Positions 1 through 9,849 of a stretch of 64,000 nt of DNA are shown one piece after another. The notes beneath the pieces were generated by a model. That model worked only from the letters and a program-made list of their open reading frames with translations. It was not told the DNA's origin and ran no database searches. The DNA lies in contig JAXDLH010000288.1 in NCBI GenBank assembly GCA_034666705.1, positions 7,432-71,431 of the forward strand. Reading direction: 5' to 3'. Position numbers and translations under genes: made by a program. Source of the stretch: Chloroflexota bacterium. GTDB taxonomy: Bacteria; Chloroflexota; UBA6077; SHYK01. Every line of letters begins with the position of its first letter. The stretch's first letter is position 1.

Positions 1-804
1 AATACCTCGGCTCCTCAGGTAGGTGAGCTGCGTTGCGTCGCTGGCGCCGACTGCACCCGGCGCCTCGATCCGCGACTCGTCGTCGAGCAGCAAGCCACGC
101 GTCTCGCCGTTTCCCGAGTACCGGATCCGGCCGCCCTGCTTCGCGATCAGCCGGATGACGGGTGGTGCAATGCTGGATCCCTCACCTGCAACGTCGACCG
201 TGAGCTCGACGGTGCGTACTGAGGCGAAGACCAGCGTCTGAAGCGTGGCCGACGAGCCCGAGCCAAGTGTCATCCTGAGCCGCGCCTCTTCCGACGCGCT
301 GCCCAGTGTGCAGAACGTTTGGCGAATCGCCGCACCTTCGGCGAGCCAGACCGATGCGGTCCGTGATTCCGACGTTGGACCACACACGTTGCGAAGCAGT
401 GTGTAGTCGAGCTCGGCGCCAGCAAGGACCACGACGTCGATTGCCTCGGTGCGCTCACCCCAACCGGAGTAGGCTGGCGCGCTGCACCCATCCACGATGC
501 TGGCGCGCGCACCAGCGTGCACGACGATGACCGTGTGCTGCTGAGATGTGGATGCACGCTCGGAGCGGCTATTGATCTCGATGGCCTGTGGCGGCGCTGC
601 CCCAGCCGCGACGTCCACGAGCCAGCCGTGATCAATCGGCTGCCACTCATTACAATACGCCGCAACCTGCTCCAGTGCCTCGGCGAGCACCGCCGGACAG
701 CGGACCCGTGCCTCGTCGAGCCGACAACGCACGACGCCATACTGCGCCGCGAGGTCGCCCTCGATCATACGAGTGTTGCGGTCGAATATGGTGGAGGTCG
801 CCAT
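1..804 (-). CDS. SufB/SufD-family Fe-S cluster assembly protein (partial; C-terminus lies beyond window start)
   Basis: Minus-strand ORF starting at ATG 804 and running off the window start (absent from the ORF track, presumably because it has no stop). My translation reads MATSTIFDRNTRMIEGDLAAQYG...GETRGLLLDDESRIEAPGAVGASDATQLTYLRSRGI; the terminal YLRSRGI resembles the conserved SufB/SufD C-terminal motif. Confidence 0.45.
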   Translation of the reverse strand, partial: MATSTIFDRNTRMIEGDLAAQYGVVRCRLDEARVRCPAVLAEALEQVAAYCNEWQPIDHGWLVDVAAGAAPPQAIEINSRSERASTSQQHTVIVVHAGARASIVDGCSAPAYSGWGERTEAIDVVVLAGAELDYTLLRNVCGPTSESRTASVWLAEGAAIRQTFCTLGSASEEARLRMTLGSGSSATLQTLVFASVRTVELTVDVAGEGSSIAPPVIRLIAKQGGRIRYSGNGETRGLLLDDESRIEAPGAVGASDATQLTYLRSRGI

Positions 805-874
805 CGTTAAATCCTACTGCGTTAGTAGGATTATAGGCGACATGCCGCAATGGCAGCCACGACGGCCCGCGAAC

Positions 875-1600
875 TCAGCCCACGCGTTCTCGTTCAGGGT
901 CAGTCTTCCAGACCCGGTACGAGTACACGAAGGTAAATGCCACAATGCCAAGCACGCCCAACATGACCACCGCAAAGGTGAGCACCGGCTGGCCGACAAT
1001 CGCGAGCACCATCAAGGCAAGGCCCAGACCGATGAACATTCGGCCGCTGAGCTCGTGCGTGCGCTGCCACGACAGCTCGCTGCTCAGTGTCCACGGCGTA
1101 CGAATCCCGAAGAAATAGTTGCTGTGGACATCGCGCAGTTGGCTGCCAAGCAGGAGGAACAACAGGCCGATTGCGAACGGGATACCAGTGACCGGGCTCA
1201 TCGGGATGCCAAGCGCCGTGAGGACGATCGAGACGTGTGTCGTCGCCATGACGAGCAGCACGGCGATCCACACGGTGGTATAGGCCCGGGCGGACTGCGC
1301 AAGGTGCTCGCGTCGCGGCTCTACACCCGGCAGCGCCGCTAGTAACCCCGCCAGCACGGTGGCAATGATCGGGACCAACAACAGCGCTTCGAATTTGCCA
1401 CCGTAGCGGTCCGCCGACCCGCCAATGCCCCAGTGCACGGGAATCGCCGCGTCGTCGGGCAACTGCGCCCACGCCCAAGCGCTCAACGCCAGCATCGCCC
1501 CGATGATTGCGATAGATGCGAGGACCCCGGCGCGCCGATCGACGGGCGAGCTATTCGGTCCATCTTGATGTTCGGCCTGCATCTGTACCTCCGTCATCAA
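875..1600 (-). CDS. integral membrane protein, DUF1648/SdpI-like
   Basis: 241-aa ORF with four or more hydrophobic helices and an N-terminal WGIGGSADRYG motif similar to SdpI/YhfL-type membrane proteins. The assignment is weak. Confidence 0.4.
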   Translation of the reverse strand: MMTEVQMQAEHQDGPNSSPVDRRAGVLASIAIIGAMLALSAWAWAQLPDDAAIPVHWGIGGSADRYGGKFEALLLVPIIATVLAGLLAALPGVEPRREHLAQSARAYTTVWIAVLLVMATTHVSIVLTALGIPMSPVTGIPFAIGLLFLLLGSQLRDVHSNYFFGIRTPWTLSSELSWQRTHELSGRMFIGLGLALMVLAIVGQPVLTFAVVMLGVLGIVAFTFVYSYRVWKTDPERERVG

Positions 1601-1748
1601 GTCTAGCGAGATTTGAGCCTTGCTGCCCGGAACCGCCGCCCCGGGTGATCCGGGGTGGTTTGCGGCTCACCGTGGCGTCCGGCGCTGGCTTCGTCGCCGC
1701 GCTACAATCGTGCCAACTCGCGTGCCAGTCTCGAATGGTGGAGGGTGT

Positions 1749-3803
1749 GTGAAGAGTCGCTGGAGCGATGCCGAGGCCGGCAGCACGCCGCTCGATCAAC
1801 TGGTCTACATGTCACGCATCATGGGCCAGGATGAAGGCCTCGTGCTCTGGGGCGGCGGTAATACGTCCGTCAAAGTCGATGACACCGACTTGCTAGGGCG
1901 ACCGGTGGAGCTGATGCTCATCAAGGGCTCCGGCTCAGACATGAAAGATGCGCTGCCCAAGCATTTCCCGGCGGTACGACTCGCCGAGATTCGCGCGAGC
2001 TTCGATACTGAAGAGATGACCGACGAGGAGATGGTGGCCTACCTTGGCCGCTGCATGGTCGACCCCGCCGCGCCCCGTCCCTCTATTGAGACGCTCTTGC
2101 ACGGGTATCTCGACGCGCGAGCCATTGCCCACTCCCACGCCGATGCGATTCTGGCGCTGACGAACACCAAAGCTGGCGCCGACCTGGTGGCCGACGCGCT
2201 GGGTGCCAACGTCGCGATCGTCGCGTACCGCCGGCCGGGATTCCGCCTCGCAAAAGAGGTCGCGCGCGCGGTGCGCGCCCAACCCGGAGCGCGCGCGGTC
2301 GTACTCATGAACCACGGCCTCATCACCTGGGGCGACACCGCGCGCGAAGCGTACGAACGGCACATCGAGTACGTGACCCGTGCGGAAGAGGTCGTCACGG
2401 CCAATGCCAATGGACACAGCGTGCCCGGAGCGAGCACACCGCATACGCTCCCGCGTGAGCAGGCGCGATCCACGGCGGCGCTCGTCGCGCCGATTTTACG
2501 CGCCGCGGTGAGCGAGCGTGGGCACAAGATCCTGCGCTTCGACGACGCGCCCGACGTCCTGGAGTTTGCGTCCGCGGAGCGCGTGGCCGAGCTCGCGGCA
2601 CGCGGCGCGGTCACACCGGATCACATGCTCAATACCAAGCGCCAGGCTTGCGTGGTGCAGCCGAGCAACCTCGGCGATCCTGCTTCGATCGCCGAGGCGA
2701 TCCGCCGTGACGTTACTCGTTATGTCGAGGATGCGGTCGCGCACCACGAGCGATTCCGCACCGACGAGCCGCTGCTCGATCCGGCGCCACGGGTGGTCCT
2801 GGTGCCCGGGCTCGGCATGTGGACGGTCGGCCGCAACATGCGCGCGTGCGTGATCCCGGCTGACATCTACCACCATACGATGCAGGTCATGCGCGGCGCG
2901 GAAGCGGTCGACACGTACGCGACCCTCGACGACCGCGAGTCGTTCGATGCCGAGTATTGGCCACTCGAGCTGTACAAGCTCACGCTGGCACCGCCAGAGA
3001 AGGAACTGGCTGGCCGCATTTGCCTCGTCACTGGGGCCGCCCGCGGCATCGGCGCGGCAATCGCACGCCGCCTCGGGGCCGAGGGCGCCCACGTCGTGGT
3101 GACGGATGTCGACGACGACGGCGCGCGCGGTGTTGCAAACGAGATCGTGCGGACGCAAGGGGCAGGTCGTGCGATCGGCGGCTACCTCGACGTTACCTCC
3201 GAGCGCTCGGTCCAGGACGCATTCGAGCTGGCGCGGCTGACGTACGGTGGGCTCGACGTGCTCGTGTCGAACGCGGGCATCGCACACGTGGCGCCGATCG
3301 ACGAGCTCGAGCTCATCGATTGGGAGCGGAGCCTGGCGATCAATGCCACCGGCCACTTTCTCGTCGCCCGCGAGGCGCTGCGGATATTCAAGGCGCAAGA
3401 TATGGGCGGCGCCATGGTGTTCGTCGCCACAAAAAATGTCACCGCCCCCGGCAAGGACTTTGGCGCCTACAGCGCGGCAAAGGCGGCCGAGGCGCAGCTA
3501 GCCCGCGTGCTGGCGATCGAGGGCGGCCCGTTCGGCGTGCGGGTGAACATGGTGAACCCGGACGCGATCTTCGAGGGCTCGGGGCTGTGGTCTGACGACG
3601 TGCGGCAGCAGCGCGCCACGTCGTACGGCATCGGGGTCGACGAGCTGGAAGAGCACTACCGCAAACGGAACCTGCTCCAGGCGAAGGTGACGGCCGACGA
3701 CGTGGCCGAGGCGGCCTTCTGGCTCGCCAGCGACCGTTCTGCGAAAACCACCGGGGCGATGATCCCGGTTGACGGCGGCGTCCGCGAGGCATTCCCCCGG
3801 TAG
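1749..3803 (+). CDS. bifunctional class II aldolase (rhamnulose-1-phosphate aldolase-like) / short-chain dehydrogenase
   Basis: The N-terminal half matches class II aldolase/adducin (WGGGNTSVK...HSH). The C-terminal half is a classical SDR (TGAARGIGAAIARRL...NAGIA...YSAAKAA). The start is taken at GTG 1749 (VKSRWSDAEA), preceded by GGTGGAGGG. The track ORF begins further upstream at 1620. Confidence 0.8.
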   Translation: MKSRWSDAEAGSTPLDQLVYMSRIMGQDEGLVLWGGGNTSVKVDDTDLLGRPVELMLIKGSGSDMKDALPKHFPAVRLAEIRASFDTEEMTDEEMVAYLGRCMVDPAAPRPSIETLLHGYLDARAIAHSHADAILALTNTKAGADLVADALGANVAIVAYRRPGFRLAKEVARAVRAQPGARAVVLMNHGLITWGDTAREAYERHIEYVTRAEEVVTANANGHSVPGASTPHTLPREQARSTAALVAPILRAAVSERGHKILRFDDAPDVLEFASAERVAELAARGAVTPDHMLNTKRQACVVQPSNLGDPASIAEAIRRDVTRYVEDAVAHHERFRTDEPLLDPAPRVVLVPGLGMWTVGRNMRACVIPADIYHHTMQVMRGAEAVDTYATLDDRESFDAEYWPLELYKLTLAPPEKELAGRICLVTGAARGIGAAIARRLGAEGAHVVVTDVDDDGARGVANEIVRTQGAGRAIGGYLDVTSERSVQDAFELARLTYGGLDVLVSNAGIAHVAPIDELELIDWERSLAINATGHFLVAREALRIFKAQDMGGAMVFVATKNVTAPGKDFGAYSAAKAAEAQLARVLAIEGGPFGVRVNMVNPDAIFEGSGLWSDDVRQQRATSYGIGVDELEEHYRKRNLLQAKVTADDVAEAAFWLASDRSAKTTGAMIPVDGGVREAFPR

Positions 3804-4099
3804 GAGCGAGCGCCTCAACGACCGTGATGATCACCAGCGCCAGCACGCTCGGCACCCACGTCGCCCGCACCATGTCGCCGAGCTGAGCCAGACGCTCGAT
3901 CTACATCCCCAACCTTCGAAATGACTCCCCCTTCCCGCGCCGAGCCCTTCGACAAAGCCCGTCCCGAGCCTGTCGAAGGGCTCAGGACGGGCTTTGTCGA
4001 GTGGCTCAGGATGCACGGTGAGGCGGGGGGTTATGTCAAGCTTCGGTCGCTCTCGCGGGTAGGGCTCCAGTACAGAGGCACGCGCATAGTGGAACCCCC

Positions 4100-5650
4100 T
4101 CATAGCTTCTCAGAGATCACCTTGGCCTGCATGAACAGCTTCAGGTACTCGTCGCCGCCGGCCTTCGAGTCGGTGCCGCTCATGTTGAAGCCGCCGAACG
4201 GCTCTACGCCGACCAGCGCGCCGGTGATCTTGCGGTTGAAATAGAGATTCCCCACGTGGAGCTCGCGCCGCGCCTGTGCCAGCTTCATCGGATCCCGGGC
4301 GTAAACGCCGCCGGTGAGTCCGTACACCGTGCCATTGGCGATGGCGAGCGCCTCGTCGAAATCGCTGGCGCGGCACATGGCGAGCAGCGGCCCGAAGATC
4401 TCCTCCTGCATGATTCGCGAGTCCGGCGCCGCATCGGCAATGACCGTCGGCTGTACGAAGTACCCCGTCGAGTCGTCGGCCTCGCCGCCTGCCACGACGC
4501 GCCCCTCGCCCCGCCCGATCCCGATGTACTCGACTACCTTGCGGTATTGCGAGCGGTCCACGACGGGACCGACGTCCGTTGACTGCTCGCGCGCTGGCCC
4601 TACCCGCAGCGCCTCAGTGCGGCGCGCCACGCGCTCGACGAGCTCGTCGTAGAGATGCACATCCGCGATCACGCGCGAGGCCGCCGAGCACTTCTGCCCC
4701 TGGAAGCCGAAAGCGGACGCGACGATGCCGCTGGCCGCCAGCTCGAGATCGGCCGACTGGTCCACGACGATCGCGTCCTTGCCGCCCATCTCCGCAACGA
4801 CGCGCTTCAGCCATTTCTGGCCCGGTTGGACCTTCGCGGCCAGCTCGTTGATGTGGACGCCGACGTCCCGCGAGCCGGTGAAGTTCACGAACCGCACGCG
4901 CGCATCTGCGACGAGCCGGTCACCCACGGTGTCCCCGGGACCCGGCAGGAAGTTCAGCACGCCCGCCGGCAGCCCTGCCTCTTCGAAGACTTCGACGATT
5001 TTCGCCGCGATGATGGGCGCGACACTCGCCGGCTTGAACACCATGGCGTTGCCCGCCAGGATGCCGCTCGAGACGAGGCCCGTGGCGATCGCCAGGGGGA
5101 AGTTCCAGGGCGGAATCGCCAGTCCGACGCCGAGCGGCAGGTAGAGGAGCTCGTTGTCGGTGCCGCGCAGCATCGTGAGCGGCTGCGGGGCGCCGAGCAG
5201 GGCAGCGTGGCGCGAGTAGAACTCGAGAAAGTCGATCGCCTCGGCAGTGTCGGCGTCCGCCTCGATCCAGCTCTTGCCGACCTCCAGCACCATCGTCGCC
5301 GACAACTCGTGGCGCCGCCGTCGCATGACCGCCGCGGCCCGGAGCCCGACGCGTGCCCGCTCTGACGCCGGCACGCGTGACCATCCCTCGAACGCCTTCT
5401 CGGCAGCATGGACCGCCCGGTCTGCCTCCGCCGGCCCGGCCCTTGCCACGCGCCCGACGACCTGCGCGTGCGCGCTCGGATTCAGCGACTCGATCCACTC
5501 ACCCGTCGTGACGCGCTCGCCGCCGATGACCAACGGATACTCGCGCCCGATCTCGCCGTCGACCTGGGCCAGAGCATGCGCGAACGCCTCGCGGCTCTCC
5601 GGCTGCGAGAAATCCGTCAGTGCCTCGTTCACAAAGTCCACCACGCCCAT
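4100..5650 (-). CDS. pruA: L-glutamate gamma-semialdehyde (1-pyrroline-5-carboxylate) dehydrogenase
   Basis: Near end-to-end similarity to the RocA/PruA family (TDFSQPE..., FTGSRDVGVHINELAAKVQPGQKWLKRVVAEMGGKD, QEEIFGPLL, FNRKITGALVGVEPFGGFNMSGTDSKAGG). The start is taken at ATG 5650 (MGVVDFVNE), with GGAGG 7 nt upstream. Confidence 0.85.
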   Translation of the reverse strand: MGVVDFVNEALTDFSQPESREAFAHALAQVDGEIGREYPLVIGGERVTTGEWIESLNPSAHAQVVGRVARAGPAEADRAVHAAEKAFEGWSRVPASERARVGLRAAAVMRRRRHELSATMVLEVGKSWIEADADTAEAIDFLEFYSRHAALLGAPQPLTMLRGTDNELLYLPLGVGLAIPPWNFPLAIATGLVSSGILAGNAMVFKPASVAPIIAAKIVEVFEEAGLPAGVLNFLPGPGDTVGDRLVADARVRFVNFTGSRDVGVHINELAAKVQPGQKWLKRVVAEMGGKDAIVVDQSADLELAASGIVASAFGFQGQKCSAASRVIADVHLYDELVERVARRTEALRVGPAREQSTDVGPVVDRSQYRKVVEYIGIGRGEGRVVAGGEADDSTGYFVQPTVIADAAPDSRIMQEEIFGPLLAMCRASDFDEALAIANGTVYGLTGGVYARDPMKLAQARRELHVGNLYFNRKITGALVGVEPFGGFNMSGTDSKAGGDEYLKLFMQAKVISEKL

Positions 5651-5731
5651 TGCACACCTCCACATGCACACCGAAGCCCGTCCTCACGAAACGCTTCGGT
5701 ACCACCTCGTACAATCCGCCCTGGAGGGAAT

Positions 5732-6517
5732 ATGCACGCTGGATCGTTCGCGGACCAACTTGCGCTCGCGGTCGAAGCCGCCCACGCCGCCGGTGAGCTG
5801 TTGCGCGCGGCGTTCGGCAACGTCCAGCGCATCCGCCACAAGGGCGAGATCGACCTCGTCACCGAGATGGACGAGGCGGCCGAGCGCGCGGTGGTCGAGA
5901 TGATCCGCCGGCGCTTCCCCAACGATTCCATCCTCGCCGAGGAGGGCACAATCGGCGGCGACGATCCCCATCGCCTCTGGATCGTCGATCCGCTCGACGG
6001 CACGACGAACTTCGCCCACGGCTACCCGTGCTTCGACGTATCGATTGCGCTGGAGATCGACGGCTCGGTTCAGCTCGGCGTGGTGTACCAGCCGATTCTC
6101 GATGAGCTATTCACCGCAATTTCGGGCCAGGGCGCTTTCCTGAACGGCGCGCCGATTCACGTCTCGACGACCGACCGACTCCTCCAGAGCCTCCTCGTGA
6201 GTGGTTTTCCTTACGATCGGGCGCAACTGCACCGCGCGCTTGAGTATTGGGAACGCGTGCTGCCGGTGGCGCAGGCAATACGCCGCGACGGTGCGGCGGC
6301 GATCGACCTGTGCTACGTGGCGATGGGCCGCTTCGACGGCTTCTGGGAACGGGACCTGAAACCGTGGGACCAGGCCGCGGGCTCGCTGATCGTGGCGGAG
6401 GCCGGCGGCACGTTGAGCAGCTATCGCGGCGGTCCGTTCGCCATCCGCGACGTCGAGGTGGTCGCTACGAACGGCCGCATCCACGCCGAGTTGCTCGCTG
6501 CCCTGGCAGAAGCATAA
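5732..6517 (+). CDS. suhB: inositol monophosphatase family protein
   Basis: Motifs EEG......WIVDPLDGTTNF and WDQAAG are present. ATG 5732 is preceded by GGAGGGAA. The track ORF starts earlier, at 5408, but that N-terminal stretch looks non-protein-like. Confidence 0.75.
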   Translation: MHAGSFADQLALAVEAAHAAGELLRAAFGNVQRIRHKGEIDLVTEMDEAAERAVVEMIRRRFPNDSILAEEGTIGGDDPHRLWIVDPLDGTTNFAHGYPCFDVSIALEIDGSVQLGVVYQPILDELFTAISGQGAFLNGAPIHVSTTDRLLQSLLVSGFPYDRAQLHRALEYWERVLPVAQAIRRDGAAAIDLCYVAMGRFDGFWERDLKPWDQAAGSLIVAEAGGTLSSYRGGPFAIRDVEVVATNGRIHAELLAALAEA

Positions 6518-6561
6518 CTCGCCGCTCGAACCACTCATACCCTTCGGGCATTCATGAACTG

Positions 6562-7869
6562 CTATTCCGTGAGTGCGTCGCACCGCATGAACATTCCGGG
6601 GTTGCGCTCGATGGAGTACGGAACGAAGCGGGTCGTAGGATCGAGCAGATTCGAGAAAAAGTTGCCGACGAGCGTCGCCTTGACTCGGCCGCCGAGCACG
6701 CCATCGCGGATCGCCAGTGCCTGCGACGCCACGACCGAGTAGTCGCCCTTCGCCGAGTCCTGCGTATGCATCCCCAGCAGCTCGAAGACGAGCAGACCGC
6801 GCTCGATCGAGGCGAGCGCCGCCTCCCAGCTCGGCTCCAGAGCCGCAACGATCTGCAAGGCCGAGCCCTGGCGCGGCAGCGGACTCGGCGGCATCCCCGC
6901 GCGCCGGGCATATTTCAGATCGAGCATCGGGCTCACGAGGCTCCCGTGCTCGACGAGCGGCGTCCGGCCGCCGGGCACACCCTCGCCGCTGCATGGCGAG
7001 GTCCCCGACTCGAACGGCAGCGTCGTATCGAGCACGAAATCAACGTCCGGGCCCGCCACCTGCCGGTGCGTATGAAAGTCGTGGAGCGTGTAGGCCGATT
7101 GGCCGTTCACCACGCCAGCTCCGGCCAGGTTCGCCATCACGAACTTGCCGATGAACGAGCTGGCTGTCGCGGTGGGCATCAGCACCGTGAGTGGTCCACC
7201 TGCCAACGTGTCCTGGTGGGCAAGCCGCGGCACGGTGCGGGCAACGCTGCCGATCACCTCGTCCAACTCGTCCACGGCGATGAGTCGCCGCTTGCTCCAC
7301 GAGCGCGAGTAGACCTCATCGGCGCTGACCCACACGCTGCAACTCGTCTCTTCGTACGTTACGTCCAGCCCATGCGAGCTTCGCAGCACGGCCTCGCCGA
7401 CCGACGCGCCGGCGCCGCCGTCGACCAGCTCACAGCCGGCTGCGCCGCACTCACGCCGCGCCCGCTCGAGCATCGCGAACATGGGCGACGGGTCACCGCC
7501 CACCTGGGCGGCCACCGCCGGGTCGTACACCTCGACGCTCGGCATGGGCTGCGAGCCCAGTACCTCCGGCCGCCACTCGTCGTCATACGCGGCGGCCCGC
7601 CACTCCGTAAGGCGCTGGTCCAACTCTTCGAACGAGCGACTATCGAGGTCGCCGTAGGAGATGCGGCCGTCGTCCCACACCAGGTAAAGGCCGCCGCTCG
7701 TGCCAATCGAGGCCCCCGGCGCATCGTAGGGGCCGCCGATTCGGTTGTGCTTCATGCCGACGCCGACCGAGCGCCGCTCGCTGAGTGCGAGGCGCCACTC
7801 GGCGACGCGCGCGCCATCCACGCTCGGGCTGGTGGCGAGCCGCTCGGTCATGCGGTCGGCCAACTCCAT
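6562..7869 (-). CDS. pmbA: TldD/PmbA-family metallopeptidase (PmbA/TldE-like)
   Basis: TldD/PmbA fold signatures are present. The start at ATG 7869 overlaps the tldD stop (TGATG), and the N-terminus MELADRMTERLA is typical of PmbA. The track ORF extends to 8328. Confidence 0.7.
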   Translation of the reverse strand: MELADRMTERLATSPSVDGARVAEWRLALSERRSVGVGMKHNRIGGPYDAPGASIGTSGGLYLVWDDGRISYGDLDSRSFEELDQRLTEWRAAAYDDEWRPEVLGSQPMPSVEVYDPAVAAQVGGDPSPMFAMLERARRECGAAGCELVDGGAGASVGEAVLRSSHGLDVTYEETSCSVWVSADEVYSRSWSKRRLIAVDELDEVIGSVARTVPRLAHQDTLAGGPLTVLMPTATASSFIGKFVMANLAGAGVVNGQSAYTLHDFHTHRQVAGPDVDFVLDTTLPFESGTSPCSGEGVPGGRTPLVEHGSLVSPMLDLKYARRAGMPPSPLPRQGSALQIVAALEPSWEAALASIERGLLVFELLGMHTQDSAKGDYSVVASQALAIRDGVLGGRVKATLVGNFFSNLLDPTTRFVPYSIERNPGMFMRCDALTE

Positions 7870-9356
7870 CAGCCTTCGCCGCCAATCGACACGTCCGGGT
7901 TGCGCTCGAGGACGAGGAAGGCGTGCGAGCCGCCGCTCGACGGCACCGTCTGCCCGGACTTGCCGCAGAAGCCCATCGCATCGAGATAGAGCGGGCCGAG
8001 GCCAGCAATGATCGACTGCAAGGCCGAGAGCGATCGCCCACTGAAGATGGCCGGCTTGCACGCACGCACACCGTCCGTCAGGTCGTAGATCGCCGCGCAG
8101 TTGAAGACGAAGTCGCCCGTCTTGGGATTGACCTGACCGCCACGATAGCCAGACAGGTAGAGCGTTCGCGCTCTCGTATTCAGCAGACCGTGCTGCTGAA
8201 GCACTCCGCGCAACACCGCTGGCGTAACCTCGTCGAACGGCATGACGAGAGGCAGTGGCTGATCCACCTCGATGCGAATGTTCGTCATGCGGGGCAGCGG
8301 ACCGGAGAATACGCTCTCCGCCCGGCATGCCCCCGAGACTGGCATGCCCGCCTGACCTGCCGAGAAGAGGTCGCCCAGACCGGCGCGGAGCACACCGTGA
8401 TCGACGATGGAGACCGTCTCTCGGGTCAGGCCGTTGGCGCTGATCGGCTGGTAAGCGAAGTCGCCCACGAGCGGCCCGTCGATGATCGACACGTCCGCTG
8501 GCGCGACGCGCTCGCCGACCTTGAGGCGTCCCTCTGCACCGAGGAGGGAGGTCTCCATGCCGTCGCTCTCAGAAGCATGCCCGAACGCTTCGTGGGCCAG
8601 CCCTTTCGCAAGCGCGTAGTCGATCACGAGCCGCGCTGGGCCACTCGGAGCCGACGGCGCATCGACGGTCTGCACCGCCCGGTCGCGCGAAACGCGAAAC
8701 CGCTGCGCCAGCCGCCGCCGCGGTTCGGCATCGGTCAGAATCCTGGCGTCGCCACCAGACAGGCTGGCGCGCGCGGCAACCGCTCCCGAGGACCCACGCA
8801 CGGTCAGCTCGTGCGAAACGTAGGCGTTCGGGGTACTGAACTGCACGTCCGTGCCATCGCTGCGGGCAATCCGCCACTCCACGTCGGTCACACTGTGGCT
8901 GGTCCGCAACGGCGCGGTGCCCGCCTCCCCGCGCGCTTCCTCGTGTACGTCGCGGACGGCACGCTGGTGCGCCTCCATCGAGCGGCCATCCGCGGCTTCC
9001 GCCGGGGACGGGACCAGGTGAACCGGCTGCGCTTCCACCTCGAAGATGGCTCGGTTCACGTCGGCTCCGAACCGCCCGGAGGTACGCGCCGCCGCGGCCG
9101 CCATGTCGACGAGCTGCGCGACGGTGCGCGGATCGGTCGCATCGCTGGAAGCGAAGCCCAACCAACCCTCAGATGTCACGGCGTGGACGCCAATGCCGCG
9201 TGAGCGGCGCCCGCTCTGGCCCTCGATCGTGCCATCCTGAAAGGTGAAGCTGCGATACTGCGCATCTTGAAAGCGGGCAATGACGTGGACGCCGAGCTGA
9301 CTCGCCCGCTGGAGCGCGGCGGTAACCGAGCCGTCGAGTGAGGAGACGCGCATCAT
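7869..9356 (-). CDS. tldD: TldD metallopeptidase
   Basis: Has the HEAFGH zinc motif, GRLKVGERVA and other TldD-family stretches, and is coupled to pmbA. Confidence 0.8.
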   Translation of the reverse strand: MMRVSSLDGSVTAALQRASQLGVHVIARFQDAQYRSFTFQDGTIEGQSGRRSRGIGVHAVTSEGWLGFASSDATDPRTVAQLVDMAAAAARTSGRFGADVNRAIFEVEAQPVHLVPSPAEAADGRSMEAHQRAVRDVHEEARGEAGTAPLRTSHSVTDVEWRIARSDGTDVQFSTPNAYVSHELTVRGSSGAVAARASLSGGDARILTDAEPRRRLAQRFRVSRDRAVQTVDAPSAPSGPARLVIDYALAKGLAHEAFGHASESDGMETSLLGAEGRLKVGERVAPADVSIIDGPLVGDFAYQPISANGLTRETVSIVDHGVLRAGLGDLFSAGQAGMPVSGACRAESVFSGPLPRMTNIRIEVDQPLPLVMPFDEVTPAVLRGVLQQHGLLNTRARTLYLSGYRGGQVNPKTGDFVFNCAAIYDLTDGVRACKPAIFSGRSLSALQSIIAGLGPLYLDAMGFCGKSGQTVPSSGGSHAFLVLERNPDVSIGGEG

Positions 9357-9536
9357 TCCTCCGCTCCCGCGATCATAGAGCATCGCCCTGAGGGTACCAG
9401 CGAACGGGGCCTCGTGGGCAGCTCGATGTTATACTTGCGGGTTGCGTGCATTGTGACCTTTCTGCCCTTGCGCCCGCCGGCCGTCGCACCGGGCCGGGAC
9501 GAGGCCAGGGCAATCCCATAGAAAGGAGGTGCTCTA

Positions 9537-9821
9537 CTGCACGAGTATGAGTTGATGTTCATCCTGCCGACCGATCTAGATGAAGAGGGTGTGACAGGCG
9601 CCACCGACCGCGTCCGCGGCTTCGTCAGCGCGCGCGGTGGCGAGATCCACAGTGTTGACCTGTGGGGCCGACGGCGGCTCTCTTACCCAATCGACCGTCG
9701 CTCCGAGGGCGCGTATCACGTCGCGCGCTTCTCGATGGCTCCAGACCAGACGGCCGATCTCGACCGGATTCTTCGACTGAACGAGCAGATTCTTCGGCAC
9801 ATCATCATTAGCGTTGATTGA
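9537..9821 (+). CDS. rpsF: 30S ribosomal protein S6
   Basis: Translating from the in-frame CTG at 9537 gives MHEYELMFILPTD..., matching the S6 N-terminus (MRHYEI.FI.). GAAAGGAGGT lies 7 nt upstream of that CTG. The first ATG, at 9555, sits 25 nt from the Shine-Dalgarno sequence. An in-frame TAG stop lies at 9519. Confidence 0.8.
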   Translation: MHEYELMFILPTDLDEEGVTGATDRVRGFVSARGGEIHSVDLWGRRRLSYPIDRRSEGAYHVARFSMAPDQTADLDRILRLNEQILRHIIISVD

Positions 9822-9849
9822 CAGGGTGTAAGGAGAGAGGGAGAGAACG

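Noticed and set aside
6247-9203. Long plus-strand ORFs (6247..7989, 7785..9203) opposite pmbA/tldD
   Set aside because: They are shadow ORFs with Arg/Gly/Ala-rich nonsense composition. The minus-strand genes carry clear TldD/PmbA motifs.
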